Made by a program: the position numbers and the translations under genes | The notes under the pieces: model-generated | Database searches by the model: none | What the model was told of the DNA's origin: nothing | Seen by the model: only the letters and a program-made list of their open reading frames with translations | Part shown: one piece after another, positions 19,888 through 29,201 of the stretch | Layout of the letters: every line of letters begins with the position of its first letter | Position numbering within the stretch: position 1 is the first letter of the stretch | NCBI GenBank assembly: GCA_045648705.1 | Contig: JAZROO010000060.1 | Span: 4,238 to 68,237 of the forward strand | DNA length: 64,000 nucleotides | Direction: 5' to 3' | Source: Eubacteriales bacterium | Lineage (GTDB): Bacteria > Bacillota > Clostridia > Oscillospirales > QAKW01

Positions 19888-20492
19888 TTCGTCTCCTCCT
19901 CAGTGAAAATTTTATATGCATGTAACGCGGCATTCACGCCATCAGTAAATCCACCCGACGAATAAGAGGCGCCTGAAATCAAAGCAACTTCCCCTGCTCC
20001 GTTTGCCGCACCCTTCACTGCAGTCAAAATTCCACTTTTTCCAATAAACTGTTTTTGATAGGCTTCGTCCTCAATTTGAGTTCCGATACCGGGAGTATCA
20101 GATAAGGAAATGATTGAAACATTGGTTATCTCGCCATCTTGATTGATTCCTACTATCATATCAATCTCGTCAGAATAACCCTTGGCAGCCACCTCAACAC
20201 AAAGCCCTATAATATCGCCTTTTTCATTTTTTGCTTGTTGCACACCAAGAAGGGTTGTTTTTTCATCCCATTCATTATTCACCGTTTCAAAAACATCCTC
20301 AAACGATGCAGCATCAGGCAAAACATACATCATGGCCTGCTCTAACTTTTCTTGCTTTATGGCCTCAATTTTACCCGATGTAAAAAAATTAACACCTGAC
20401 AACAAAATGGCTACGATGGCAGTAATAGCAAAAAGTGTTACAGATAAATTAAGATATTCATTTGGTTTTCTTTTTGATGAATTTAAATGCAA
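19884..20492 (-). CDS. rnfG: Rnf complex subunit G (FMN-binding)
   Basis: Membrane anchor plus an FMN_bind domain (DTPGIG, ISGASYSS). I prefer the TTG at 20492, 8 nt after GGAGG. The ORF-track ATG at 20546 would overlap rnfD by 89 nt. The start remains uncertain. Confidence 0.8.
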   Translation of the reverse strand: MHLNSSKRKPNEYLNLSVTLFAITAIVAILLSGVNFFTSGKIEAIKQEKLEQAMMYVLPDAASFEDVFETVNNEWDEKTTLLGVQQAKNEKGDIIGLCVEVAAKGYSDEIDMIVGINQDGEITNVSIISLSDTPGIGTQIEDEAYQKQFIGKSGILTAVKGAANGAGEVALISGASYSSGGFTDGVNAALHAYKIFTEEETK

Positions 20493-21492
20493 ACTTTTCA
20501 CCTCCGAATTTTTTGGGGAATGTACACTGATCGATGTACCAGGCAAAGAAATTCATAATTAATATCGCAAAAGATACACCTTCCGGATAACCGCCGAAAT
20601 AACGAATCACAACTGTTAAAACGCCGCAACCGCATCCATAAATCAACCGTCCAACCCTGGTGGTCGGTGACGTTGCAAAATCAGTAGCCATAAAAAATGC
20701 AGCAAACAACAAGCCACCACTCAGCAGATGGTACAGCATAAAATCAACTCTGGGAATCGTTGTGTATTTCGGAAACAAAAAAGTAAGCAGCGCCACCGTT
20801 CCGACAAAAGAAACAGGAATATGCCAGGTGATAACCTTACGTGCAAGTAAGAAAATACCACCCAAAATCAGCAGTATCGAGCAAGTCTCGCCAATACTAC
20901 CACCAACATTGCCCGTAAACAAATCCATTATCGAAAAACGTCCCATTACAGAAGCGATTTGTTTTGCATCTTTAAGATATGTAAGCGGAGTTGCGGATGA
21001 AACAATATCTACGTTTGAAAATAACGGCAAAGAAGCCGCATTTTTTCCCATCGCAGTAATTGGCTCAACCCAAGTTGCCATTGATTTAGAATAACAAATA
21101 AACAAGAAAACACGTGCTGCAGCAGCAGGGTTAACAATATTCTTTCCCAATCCGCCATATAACATTTTCACAACGATAATAGCAAATGCGGAACCGATCA
21201 CAGGCAAGTAAATCGGAACAGTAACCGGTAAATTCAGACCCAAAATTAATCCCGTAACTACCGCAGACCAATCTTTGATGGTAGATGGTTTATTCATCAA
21301 TTTAGTGTAAAGCGCCTCGAAAAATACGCAAGAAAGCACACTTGCCAAGACAATCAACAGTGCTCTAAAAGAAAAATAAACAACTCCCATGATCAACACG
21401 GGTATTAACGCCAAAACAACGTCTTGCATAAAAAACGGTGTGGTTCTTTGACTTTTAATATGCGGAGAGGATGAAACAATCAACTTTTCCAT
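20458..21492 (-). CDS. rnfD: Rnf complex subunit D
   Basis: SSPHI N-terminus, polytopic, with NqrB/RnfD motifs including the MATDFATSP flavinylation region. Confidence 0.9.
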   Translation of the reverse strand: MEKLIVSSSPHIKSQRTTPFFMQDVVLALIPVLIMGVVYFSFRALLIVLASVLSCVFFEALYTKLMNKPSTIKDWSAVVTGLILGLNLPVTVPIYLPVIGSAFAIIVVKMLYGGLGKNIVNPAAAARVFLFICYSKSMATWVEPITAMGKNAASLPLFSNVDIVSSATPLTYLKDAKQIASVMGRFSIMDLFTGNVGGSIGETCSILLILGGIFLLARKVITWHIPVSFVGTVALLTFLFPKYTTIPRVDFMLYHLLSGGLLFAAFFMATDFATSPTTRVGRLIYGCGCGVLTVVIRYFGGYPEGVSFAILIMNFFAWYIDQCTFPKKFGGEKFAFKFIKKKTK

Positions 21493-21494
21493 AA

Positions 21495-23369
21495 TTAATT
21501 CCCTGCTTTCTTAGATGCCTGTTCCCTGATTTTCTGCTTTGCAACACGAATATTTTGCAGAAGCGGAAGTTTTGCAGGACAAGTATATGAACAACATCCG
21601 CACTCAATACAATCCATAACACCTAATTCATCACAACGCTCAACTTCACCCGAACGTGCATACAAACTAATGTAATTGGGCGCAAGACGCATAGGACATA
21701 CAGTAATACAACGTCCGCAACGGATACAAGAATTGTTTTCATTTTCCGTAACGAGTTGCTCTTCACCCAAACACAAAAGTCCCGAGGTACCTTTAATAAC
21801 CGGTGCGTTCAAGTGGCAAATAGCGTTTCCCATCATTGGGCCGCCCATTACCAATTTTTTAAGCAATTGTTCGTTCAGTCCGTATTTTTCAAGAACAAAA
21901 CCAATGGGTGTGCCTAATCTGATATTGGCATTTCCAATTTTTTCCACAGCTTCACCGGCAATGGTAACAATACGACGCATCAACGGATAGCCTTTGACTA
22001 CCGCTCGGTAGATCGCAATTGCGGTATCGACATTAAACACACAACAACCAACGTCTGCCGGTAATTTACCCGAAGGCACTTCTCTGCCGGTGATGGCTTT
22101 AATGAGTTGTTTTTCACCGCCTTGCGGATATTTAGTAGCCAAAACGACCACACGAATTCTGGTCTTTTTAAACGCTCTGTGCAATTTAAAGATCGCATCA
22201 GGTTTATTGGATTCAACGCCGACATATACACGACGTACGCCCAATGCCTGACGAATGATTTTAACACCCTCAACAAATTCAGCGGTATTCTCAAGCATAA
22301 CACGATGGTCGCTGGAAAGATAAGGTTCGCATTCTGCAGCATTGATAATGATGGTATCCACCTTGTTGAGTGCAGACTTCATTTTTACGTGTGTCGGGAA
22401 AGCCGCACCACCCATACCAACAATGCCGGCTTCTCTTATGTAACCGATAATCTCATCAGGCAACATAGACGTATAATCTCTTTGAACATCCGCCAGCGAA
22501 CCATCCATCTGATCCAAAAAATCGTTTTCGACAACAATTGCCATAGTTTCGTTCATTGTCGGATGTTCACAAACATCAATTTTTACAACATGACCCGAAA
22601 CCGTTGAATGAATCGGAGCCGAAACGAAGGCATCACTGTCCGCAATTTTCTGACCAATTCTGACATATTCTCCAACAGAAACCACAGGATTACAAGGAGC
22701 ACCAATATGTTGAGAAAGCGGATAAATCATAAACTTGTCCGGCTCTATGGTTTCAACAGCCTTATCTTTTGTAACCTTATTATACGAAGGATGAATTCCG
22801 CCTTTAAAGCGATTTGAAAAATGAGAAGAAATCGTATACCAAACTGCATTTAAATCGAAACCATATGAAATATATGCACTGACAGTATAGCAACAAGACA
22901 GCAAAAAATACAAATAGACTCCAATCGGTATGTTGGAAAAAACTTGTATTTTCCGTCCAATTTCACCGGTATGTGCAGACAAAATTTGTGTGTTCAAATC
23001 TGAAAAATTCAAAAACATCACAAAATATACAATGCTCACAACCAAACCAAAAAAGAAACCTATTTTAATAGCAGGTCTACTGTTTTCAGTTTGTTTGATG
23101 GTCAAAATAGTTGTCATTACCACAAAGAGTAACGACACCATAATAACCAAAACCAAAACAAATAAGGTATTATTGAGTGACAGGGCGTTTACTTTTTGTT
23201 CAGCAAAATACGAGCCCACTTCCCCCGTATATTTCAGCATTGCTATCAGTGGAATTTTACTCGCATTTCCAAACCCAAAGGGGTTAAAAAAAGGAATAAA
23301 AGCCATGATGAGTTGCAATAATACCGTAATTTGCAAAGTCAAAAGACTTTTTGCTTTAGTATCTTTCAT
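21495..23369 (-). CDS. rnfC: Rnf complex subunit C with an in-frame N-terminal four-helix membrane extension
   Basis: From FKGGIHP onward it is a canonical RnfC: NADH/FMN-binding GMGGAAFPT and two 4Fe-4S motifs, CIRCGRCITVCP and CIECGCCSYTCP. About 185 hydrophobic residues precede this in the same frame. The ATG at 23369 is taken as the start; a TTG lies two codons upstream. Confidence 0.85.
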   Translation of the reverse strand: MKDTKAKSLLTLQITVLLQLIMAFIPFFNPFGFGNASKIPLIAMLKYTGEVGSYFAEQKVNALSLNNTLFVLVLVIMVSLLFVVMTTILTIKQTENSRPAIKIGFFFGLVVSIVYFVMFLNFSDLNTQILSAHTGEIGRKIQVFSNIPIGVYLYFLLSCCYTVSAYISYGFDLNAVWYTISSHFSNRFKGGIHPSYNKVTKDKAVETIEPDKFMIYPLSQHIGAPCNPVVSVGEYVRIGQKIADSDAFVSAPIHSTVSGHVVKIDVCEHPTMNETMAIVVENDFLDQMDGSLADVQRDYTSMLPDEIIGYIREAGIVGMGGAAFPTHVKMKSALNKVDTIIINAAECEPYLSSDHRVMLENTAEFVEGVKIIRQALGVRRVYVGVESNKPDAIFKLHRAFKKTRIRVVVLATKYPQGGEKQLIKAITGREVPSGKLPADVGCCVFNVDTAIAIYRAVVKGYPLMRRIVTIAGEAVEKIGNANIRLGTPIGFVLEKYGLNEQLLKKLVMGGPMMGNAICHLNAPVIKGTSGLLCLGEEQLVTENENNSCIRCGRCITVCPMRLAPNYISLYARSGEVERCDELGVMDCIECGCCSYTCPAKLPLLQNIRVAKQKIREQASKKAGN

Positions 23370-23393
23370 TATCAATCTTCTTTCACTTAAAAT

Positions 23394-24002
23394 TTAAGCT
23401 TTATCCGCGCCAATCTTTCGTTCTGTTCCTTTACAAAGGGCAATAATGTTATTTTTATGCCTGTATAAAACCATAGAGGTAGTCAAGGCCGCTACAATAA
23501 CGACCGAAATATCAAAGCCACAAATTAACATTCCGACCGGGTATGTCAAAGCGCCAATTGCAGATCCTAAGGAAACGTATTTTGTAAAGACTACAAACAG
23601 TACAAACAAGCCAATTGCAACCAAAAATACTCGCCAATCCAACATTAAAATACATGCCGAACCGGAAGCAATGCCCTTACCGCCTTGGAATTTAAAAAAT
23701 ACAGGAAAACAATGACCGATAACGCAAGCAAGTCCCATAATTGCTTTAATGAGTTGAACTTGCTCGGCATTTGAATAAACAATCCATGCTATGCCAACCG
23801 CAATTACTACCTTAAGCACATCGCCCAAAAATGTGATAGCAGCACTCATTTTACCGAAACTGCGTAACATATTGGTAGCGCCCGCATTGCCGCTTCCTTG
23901 CGTACGGATATCCTTATTATAATTCAGTTTTGAATAAAGAATAGAGGTATTTAAACATCCGATCAGATAAGATAATACCAACAAAAGAACAAACAAAATC
24001 AT
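23394..24002 (-). CDS. plsY: Glycerol-3-phosphate acyltransferase PlsY
   Basis: SGNAGATN and FKGGKG motifs; 202 aa. The start overlaps the der stop (ATGA). Confidence 0.9.
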   Translation of the reverse strand: MILFVLLLVLSYLIGCLNTSILYSKLNYNKDIRTQGSGNAGATNMLRSFGKMSAAITFLGDVLKVVIAVGIAWIVYSNAEQVQLIKAIMGLACVIGHCFPVFFKFQGGKGIASGSACILMLDWRVFLVAIGLFVLFVVFTKYVSLGSAIGALTYPVGMLICGFDISVVIVAALTTSMVLYRHKNNIIALCKGTERKIGADKA

Positions 24003-25327
24003 GTTTCTTTCTCTCCTTTTTCGCGAACAATAAACCTGATAGGTGATCCCTCAAAACCAAATGTATTTCTCAACTGGTTTTCTAAATAACGCTGATATGA
24101 AAAGTGAAATAAATCTTTTTTATTAACAAAGAAAACAAAAGTCGGCGGTGCCACAGAGGCTTGTGTCATATAATATATGCGCAATCTCTTACCCTTGTCA
24201 GACGGAGGCTGCACACGCGTTGTAGCATCAGTCAACATATCATTGAGTTGTCCTGTCGTCACGCGATTAATATTATTCTGATGTGTTGTACAAATCAAAT
24301 CAAACAGTTTGTCAACACGTTGACCGGTCTTGGCGGAAATGAATTGAATGGGAGCAAAAGAAATAAAAGCAAACTCATTTAAGATTGCCTTACGCATCGT
24401 TTCCATCGTGTTTGTCTCTTTTTCAATGGTATCCCACTTATTTACCACAACCACCAATGCCTTGCCTTGATCATTGGCATAGCCTGCAATCTTTGTGTCT
24501 TGCTCTGTTACACCCTCATTGGCATCCAGCATAATTACACAAACATCAGATCTGTCAACTGCCATATATGAACGAATCACGCTATATTTTTCAATAGTAT
24601 CATTTACTTTTTTCTTTTTTCGAATACCGGCAGTATCAATAATACAAAATTTACCATATTCATTTTCAACCGGTGAATCTACTGCATCACGCGTGGTTCC
24701 GGGAATGTCAGAAACAATAGAACGCTCTTCACCAATAATATAATTTAATAATGAAGATTTGCCAACATTGGGCTTACCGATCAAAGCCACTTTAATAATG
24801 TCGTCCTCTTCATTCTCATAGGAATCAAAATCGATGTGGCTATATACCTCATCCATAAGATCACCTGTTCCTAAGCCATGCAGTGAAGATACAGCAACCG
24901 GATCACCAAGACCCAAAGTGTAAAACTCATAAAACTCCGAGGGAACATCACCAACAGAGTCCATCTTATTAACGCAAAGTACGATCGGTTTGCCGGAGCG
25001 ATGCAGCATAGATGCAATTTCTCTGTCCGCCGCCGTTACACCGGTATGAATCTCAGCCATCATAATAATAACATCCGCTGTATCGATCGCGATTTGCGCC
25101 TGCGCACGCATTTGTTTTAAGATTATATCATCCGTATTCGGCTCAATACCGCCGGTATCAATTAATGTTACTTTCTTGCCAACCCACTCGACCGTTGCAT
25201 ATAAACGGTCACGAGTAACACCGGGTGTATCTTCAACAATGGACAAACGTTGTCCGCTGAGTTTATTAAATAATGCAGACTTGCCAACGTTGGGTCTGCC
25301 CACAATTGCAACAATAGGTTGTGCCAT
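23999..25327 (-). CDS. der: Ribosome-associated GTPase Der/EngA (tandem GTPase domains)
   Basis: Two G domains (GRPNVGKS...DTGG and GKPNVGKS...DTAG) and a KH-like C-terminus. The ATG at 25327 sits behind AAAGGAG. Confidence 0.95.
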   Translation of the reverse strand: MAQPIVAIVGRPNVGKSALFNKLSGQRLSIVEDTPGVTRDRLYATVEWVGKKVTLIDTGGIEPNTDDIILKQMRAQAQIAIDTADVIIMMAEIHTGVTAADREIASMLHRSGKPIVLCVNKMDSVGDVPSEFYEFYTLGLGDPVAVSSLHGLGTGDLMDEVYSHIDFDSYENEEDDIIKVALIGKPNVGKSSLLNYIIGEERSIVSDIPGTTRDAVDSPVENEYGKFCIIDTAGIRKKKKVNDTIEKYSVIRSYMAVDRSDVCVIMLDANEGVTEQDTKIAGYANDQGKALVVVVNKWDTIEKETNTMETMRKAILNEFAFISFAPIQFISAKTGQRVDKLFDLICTTHQNNINRVTTGQLNDMLTDATTRVQPPSDKGKRLRIYYMTQASVAPPTFVFFVNKKDLFHFSYQRYLENQLRNTFGFEGSPIRFIVREKGEKET

Positions 25328-25356
25328 TATAATTCTCCTTTCAAAAAAGGTAATTA

Positions 25357-25388
25357 TGAAAAATAGAGAAGGCATCAGCCTTCTCTAT
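25357..25388 (-). terminator. Intrinsic terminator after rpmF
   Basis: On the minus strand: ATAGAGAAGGC tgat GCCTTCTCTAT followed by TTTTTCAT. Confidence 0.75.
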
Positions 25389-25442
25389 CATCTACATAGT
25401 AGTTTTGAGCGAAATTTCGCAGCTGGCTGTTGCTGCAGCAAC

Positions 25443-25676
25443 TTAGTTTTCTGCAACGGGCTCAGCAGTTTCAGCGGTTTTTTCAACGGGCTTTGCAGCA
25501 GCGGTGTTAACCACTTGTTTACCATCATAATAACCGCAGCTTTTGCAAACTCTATGAGAGAGCTTCATTTCGTGACACTGAGGACACTCAACCATGCCGG
25601 GAAGTTTCAACTTCCATACGCTTGATCTTCTCTTATCTCTTCTTGCTTTAGATACTTTTCTCTTCGGAACTGCCAT
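25443..25676 (-). CDS. rpmF: 50S ribosomal protein L32 (zinc-ribbon form, with an extended C-terminus)
   Basis: [17 protein letters not shown] and CPQC...CKSCG motifs. It is 77 aa because of an Ala/Glu/Pro-rich tail. Confidence 0.9.
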   Translation of the reverse strand: MAVPKRKVSKARRDKRRSSVWKLKLPGMVECPQCHEMKLSHRVCKSCGYYDGKQVVNTAAAKPVEKTAETAEPVAEN

Positions 25677-25710
25677 TATCTGTTACCTCCTTATATTTAA
25701 GCAGACATTT

Positions 25711-26211
25711 TTACCACTTTAAATTTCTAAGAACCTCTAACCGAGGATCCGGTACTTTTTTATCGCAAGAACATTCATGTTCATTAAGATTGCATCCACA
25801 AACAGGACAAAGCCCTTTACAATCTTCAACACATAAATGTTTTGCAGGGAAAGAAAGCAAAACCTCTGTTACAACCTCCTGCTCATAATCAAAGGACTCA
25901 TCTGCAGAAAGTATGATACCGTCAAAATCCTCATCATCACAATTTCTTTTTACATCTTTAGTATAATCAAATACAAGCGATTGCGCCATAGCGGTTAAAC
26001 AACGGTCGCATTCCGTCTTATACTTAATTTCACCAAAGAAGCGAACCGTCACAATATCAGCAGAATTGCGAATCTCCATGGTCGCATCTCCCTTTGCATC
26101 AAGGATGCTACGCTCTGACAAAAGCTCTTGATCCGATAAATCCAAAGGAAAAGAAATTGTTTTAATATAGCCGGGGGTTATGAGGGCTTCATGTAATCTG
26201 ATCTTCTTCAT
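25711..26211 (-). CDS. yceD: YceD/DUF177 family protein (large-subunit rRNA accumulation)
   Basis: Conserved position upstream of rpmF, and a C-terminal CxxxCxGxCxxCGxNLN motif. Confidence 0.8.
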   Translation of the reverse strand: MKKIRLHEALITPGYIKTISFPLDLSDQELLSERSILDAKGDATMEIRNSADIVTVRFFGEIKYKTECDRCLTAMAQSLVFDYTKDVKRNCDDEDFDGIILSADESFDYEQEVVTEVLLSFPAKHLCVEDCKGLCPVCGCNLNEHECSCDKKVPDPRLEVLRNLKW

Positions 26212-26242
26212 AGTTCATCCTCACAGAATAGTTGCAGCCTAT

Positions 26243-26271
26243 ATTATACCGATTTTATAGCAACTTGTCAA
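26243..26271 (-). promoter_or_regulatory. Consensus SigA promoter for yceD-rpmF
   Basis: On the minus strand: TTGACA, a 17-nt spacer, then TATAAT. Confidence 0.65.
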
Positions 26272-26310
26272 TAAGTAAAGCACAAATTTTCAAAAAATAG
26301 AAAATCTATA

Positions 26311-26339
26311 TTGACAAATTGATTTGCTTGTTGTATAAT
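26311..26339 (+). promoter_or_regulatory. Consensus SigA promoter for ylxM-ffh
   Basis: TTGACA, a 17-nt spacer, then TATAAT; divergent from the yceD promoter 40 nt away. Confidence 0.65.
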
Positions 26340-26381
26340 TGTAAAGCATTATGCTTTACAGCATCATTTGGAGGGTATGTT

Positions 26382-26768
26382 ATGGCAATGAAAAATTTAA
26401 AAATATCATTATTATTAGACTTTTACGGTGCCATTCTTACCGAAAAGCAAAGAGAGTCTTTGGAGTTATATTATAATGAAGATTTATCTTTAGCTGAAAT
26501 TGCTGAAATTGCACACATCAGTCGTCAAGGCGTTCGCGATAACATCAAGCGTGGAGAAAACATTCTTATCGAAATGGAAACCAAGCTTGGCTTTTTTGAA
26601 AAATATGCCAATCTTGACGAAGTGATGGAACAAATCACCAATTTGACAGAAAACATCAAAGATATCAATTCTATTCATTATAAATCACGTGAATTGAATG
26701 AATTCTGTAACGATATCATTGCTATCACCAAGAATCATTCCCCCAGAGGTGAAACAGATGGCATTTGA
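26382..26768 (+). CDS. ylxM: YlxM/UPF0122 putative DNA-binding protein (sigma-70 region-4-like HTH)
   Basis: LLLDFYGAILTEKQRESLELYYNEDLSLAEIAE... and its conserved position just upstream of ffh. ATG at 26382. Confidence 0.85.
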   Translation: MAMKNLKISLLLDFYGAILTEKQRESLELYYNEDLSLAEIAEIAHISRQGVRDNIKRGENILIEMETKLGFFEKYANLDEVMEQITNLTENIKDINSIHYKSRELNEFCNDIIAITKNHSPRGETDGI

Positions 26769-28086
26769 AAGCTTGACTGAAAAACTCTCAGCGGCATTTA
26801 AAAATCTACGCAACAAAGGAAAACTAACCGAAACAGATGTCAAATCCGCTATGCGAGAGATTAAGCTTGCCCTTTTGGAAGCTGACGTCAACTTCAAAGT
26901 TGTTAAAGAATTTATCCGTTCTGTCTCTGAACGTTGTGTCGGAAGCGAAGTTTTAGAAAGTCTTACCCCAGCACAGCAAGTAATTAAAATAGTAAATGAA
27001 GAAATGACGAATTTAATGGGTTCGAAAATCTCGAAAATCCAAATTTCGTCAGCCCCTCCCACCATTGTTATGATGGTTGGTTTACAAGGTACCGGTAAAA
27101 CCACACATAGTGGTAAGTTATCATCATATTTTAAGAAACAAGGAAAACGACCGTTACTCATCGCATGCGACATTTATCGTCCTGCCGCCATCGAACAGCT
27201 CAAAGTTGTGGGCGCAACGGTAGAGGTACCGGTATTCTCTATTGATGGAGAAAAAGACGCGGTTAAAATTGCACGACTGGGCATTGAACACGCAAAAAAA
27301 CATGGTAATGATTTTGTTATAATCGATACAGCCGGCCGACTCCATTTGGATGAAGTTCTGATGAAAGAATTGGCTGACATCAAAGCTGCAGTATCCCCCA
27401 CCGAAATTTTATTGGTTGTTGACGCGATGACGGGTCAGGATGCCGTCAACGTAGCTCAAAATTTTAATGAAGTTTTGGACATTACGGGTGTTTTGCTCAC
27501 CAAAATGGATGGCGATACTCGTGGCGGTGCGGCTCTTTCTGTAAAACACGTTACCGGCAAACCCATCAAATTCATCGGAACAGGCGAAAAGTTTGATGCT
27601 CTCGAACCTTTCTACCCCGACCGAATGGCTTCAAGAATTTTGGGCATGGGTGACGTACTGACTTTAATTGACAAAGCGCAACAAAATTTTGACGAAAAAC
27701 AAGCTCGCATATTAGAAGAAAAACTCAGAAAAAATGCATTTACCCTATCTGACTTTTTAATTCAAATGCGACAGGTCAAACAAATGGGACCGCTTGACAG
27801 TTTGTTGGGTATGATGCCCGGCATGAATCAAAAAGCTTTACAAAATACACAAATTGATGAAAAACAGTTGGATCGCATTGAAGCAATCATTTTATCAATG
27901 ACTCCGGAAGAAAGAGAAAATCCGTCAATCATCAATGCAAAGAGAAAAATCAGAATTGCAAACGGCAGCGGCACAAAAGTTGAGGCAGTCAATCGCCTTC
28001 TGAAACAATTCTCTCAAATGAATCAGTTATTTAAGCAAATGAACTCAAAACAGGGCAGAAAAATGTTCCGTGGGTTCGGCTTATAA
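26758..28086 (+). CDS. ffh: Signal recognition particle protein Ffh
   Basis: [11 protein letters not shown]-terminus, [28 protein letters not shown] and a Met-rich M domain. The ATG at 26758 overlaps the end of ylxM. Confidence 0.95.
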   Translation: MAFESLTEKLSAAFKNLRNKGKLTETDVKSAMREIKLALLEADVNFKVVKEFIRSVSERCVGSEVLESLTPAQQVIKIVNEEMTNLMGSKISKIQISSAPPTIVMMVGLQGTGKTTHSGKLSSYFKKQGKRPLLIACDIYRPAAIEQLKVVGATVEVPVFSIDGEKDAVKIARLGIEHAKKHGNDFVIIDTAGRLHLDEVLMKELADIKAAVSPTEILLVVDAMTGQDAVNVAQNFNEVLDITGVLLTKMDGDTRGGAALSVKHVTGKPIKFIGTGEKFDALEPFYPDRMASRILGMGDVLTLIDKAQQNFDEKQARILEEKLRKNAFTLSDFLIQMRQVKQMGPLDSLLGMMPGMNQKALQNTQIDEKQLDRIEAIILSMTPEERENPSIINAKRKIRIANGSGTKVEAVNRLLKQFSQMNQLFKQMNSKQGRKMFRGFGL

Positions 28087-28127
28087 TAAATCAATTTTAT
28101 AAACAATTCTTGAAAGAGGTGAAAAAT

Positions 28128-28370
28128 ATGGCAGTAAAAATCAGACTTAGAAGACTTGGTGCTAAAAAAGCTCCTACCTATCGTATTGTTGTTGCTGACT
28201 CCAGATATCCCAGAGATGGTAGATTCATCGAAGAAATCGGCACATACAATCCCTTGACTGATCCCGCAAGTGTTGAAATCGACGCTGATAAGGCACAATC
28301 TTGGATCAAAAATGGTGCTCAACCCACCGACACTGTTAAGGCAATTCTGAAGAAACAGGGTATTCTGTAA
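28128..28370 (+). CDS. rpsP: 30S ribosomal protein S16
   Basis: [26 protein letters not shown]. The ATG at 28128 sits behind AGAGGTG. Confidence 0.95.
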   Translation: MAVKIRLRRLGAKKAPTYRIVVADSRYPRDGRFIEEIGTYNPLTDPASVEIDADKAQSWIKNGAQPTDTVKAILKKQGIL

Positions 28371-28426
28371 ACTGTTGACCGCGGAGGAGCAATCCTCCGC
28401 GTCACAATGGACAAAAAGGAGTCAAA

Positions 28427-28654
28427 ATGAAAGACTTAATTCTTTATCTGGCAAAGTCGCTGGTTGACAATCCGGATCAAGTCCAGGTTACAGAAACAGA
28501 AAATGAGTCCGCCATTGTTTACGAACTCACTGTTGATCCAGATGACATGGGAAGAGTAATCGGCAAACACGGCAAAATTGCCAAAGCAATTCGTGCTATT
28601 GTCAAATCTGCTTCCTATAAATTGCCCAAAAAAGTAATTGTAGAAATCAAATAA
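28427..28654 (+). CDS. khpA: KH-domain RNA-binding protein (KhpA/YlqC)
   Basis: 75 aa with VIGKHGKIAKAIRAIV; conserved position between rpsP and rimM. Confidence 0.9.
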   Translation: MKDLILYLAKSLVDNPDQVQVTETENESAIVYELTVDPDDMGRVIGKHGKIAKAIRAIVKSASYKLPKKVIVEIK

Positions 28655-28657
28655 TCT

Positions 28658-28685
28658 CAGGAAGGTTTTATGCCTTCCTGTTTTT
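28658..28685 (+). terminator. Terminator-like hairpin inside the operon, between khpA and rimM
   Basis: Stem CAGGAAGG, loop ttttatg, stem CCTTCCTG, followed by TTTTTAT. The rimM RBS starts 3 nt later. Confidence 0.5.
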
Positions 28686-28703
28686 ATAAGGAGCATTCTT
28701 TTT

Positions 28704-29201
28704 ATGAAAAACAAGTATCTTGATGCAGGAAAAATCGTGAATACTCACGGTATTCGTGGCGAACTTAAAATCTATCCCCTGTGTGATTCACCCGAGTTTC
28801 TTTTGGAATTTGATCGTTTTTTTATAGACGGTGAAGAAATCCGGGTTGTTTCCTCTCGCGTTCATAAAAACGTCACTTTGATGCGCCTGGAGAACATTGA
28901 TCATATCGACAAAGCAGAAACTATGATCGGAAAAATCCTCAAAATCGATAGTGATGATGTTGAACTTGATGAGGGACAATATTTCATAGAAGATTTAATC
29001 GGGATGCGTGTAATCGATGTTGATACAGGAAAAGAATACGGAAAACTCAAAAGCGTAATTCAAACCGGCGCAAATGATGTTTTTGAAGTACAAGGAGACA
29101 GACTCTATCTTGTACCAAAAATTGATGATGTCGTTATCAACACCGATCTTGAAAAAGGTGAAATCACAATTCGACCATTGAAAGGATTGTTTGACAATTG
29201 A
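28704..29201 (+). CDS. rimM: 16S rRNA processing protein RimM
   Basis: GKIVNTHGIRGELKI N-terminal beta-barrel, PRC barrel C-terminus; 165 aa. Confidence 0.9.
   Translation: MKNKYLDAGKIVNTHGIRGELKIYPLCDSPEFLLEFDRFFIDGEEIRVVSSRVHKNVTLMRLENIDHIDKAETMIGKILKIDSDDVELDEGQYFIEDLIGMRVIDVDTGKEYGKLKSVIQTGANDVFEVQGDRLYLVPKIDDVVINTDLEKGEITIRPLKGLFDN

Noticed and set aside
19884-20546. The ORF-track start of rnfG, which gives an 89-nt overlap with rnfD
   Set aside because: The overlap is implausibly long. An in-frame TTG at 20492, preceded by GGAGG at an 8-nt spacing, gives a normal N-terminal membrane anchor, so the feature is annotated from 20492 with the uncertainty stated.
21676-23397. Several plus-strand ORFs of 100-166 aa inside rnfC (21676, 22107, 22608, 22930)
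   Set aside because: All are antisense to rnfC, which has diagnostic Fe-S and NADH-binding motifs. This is a typical by-product of codon bias in an AT-rich genome.
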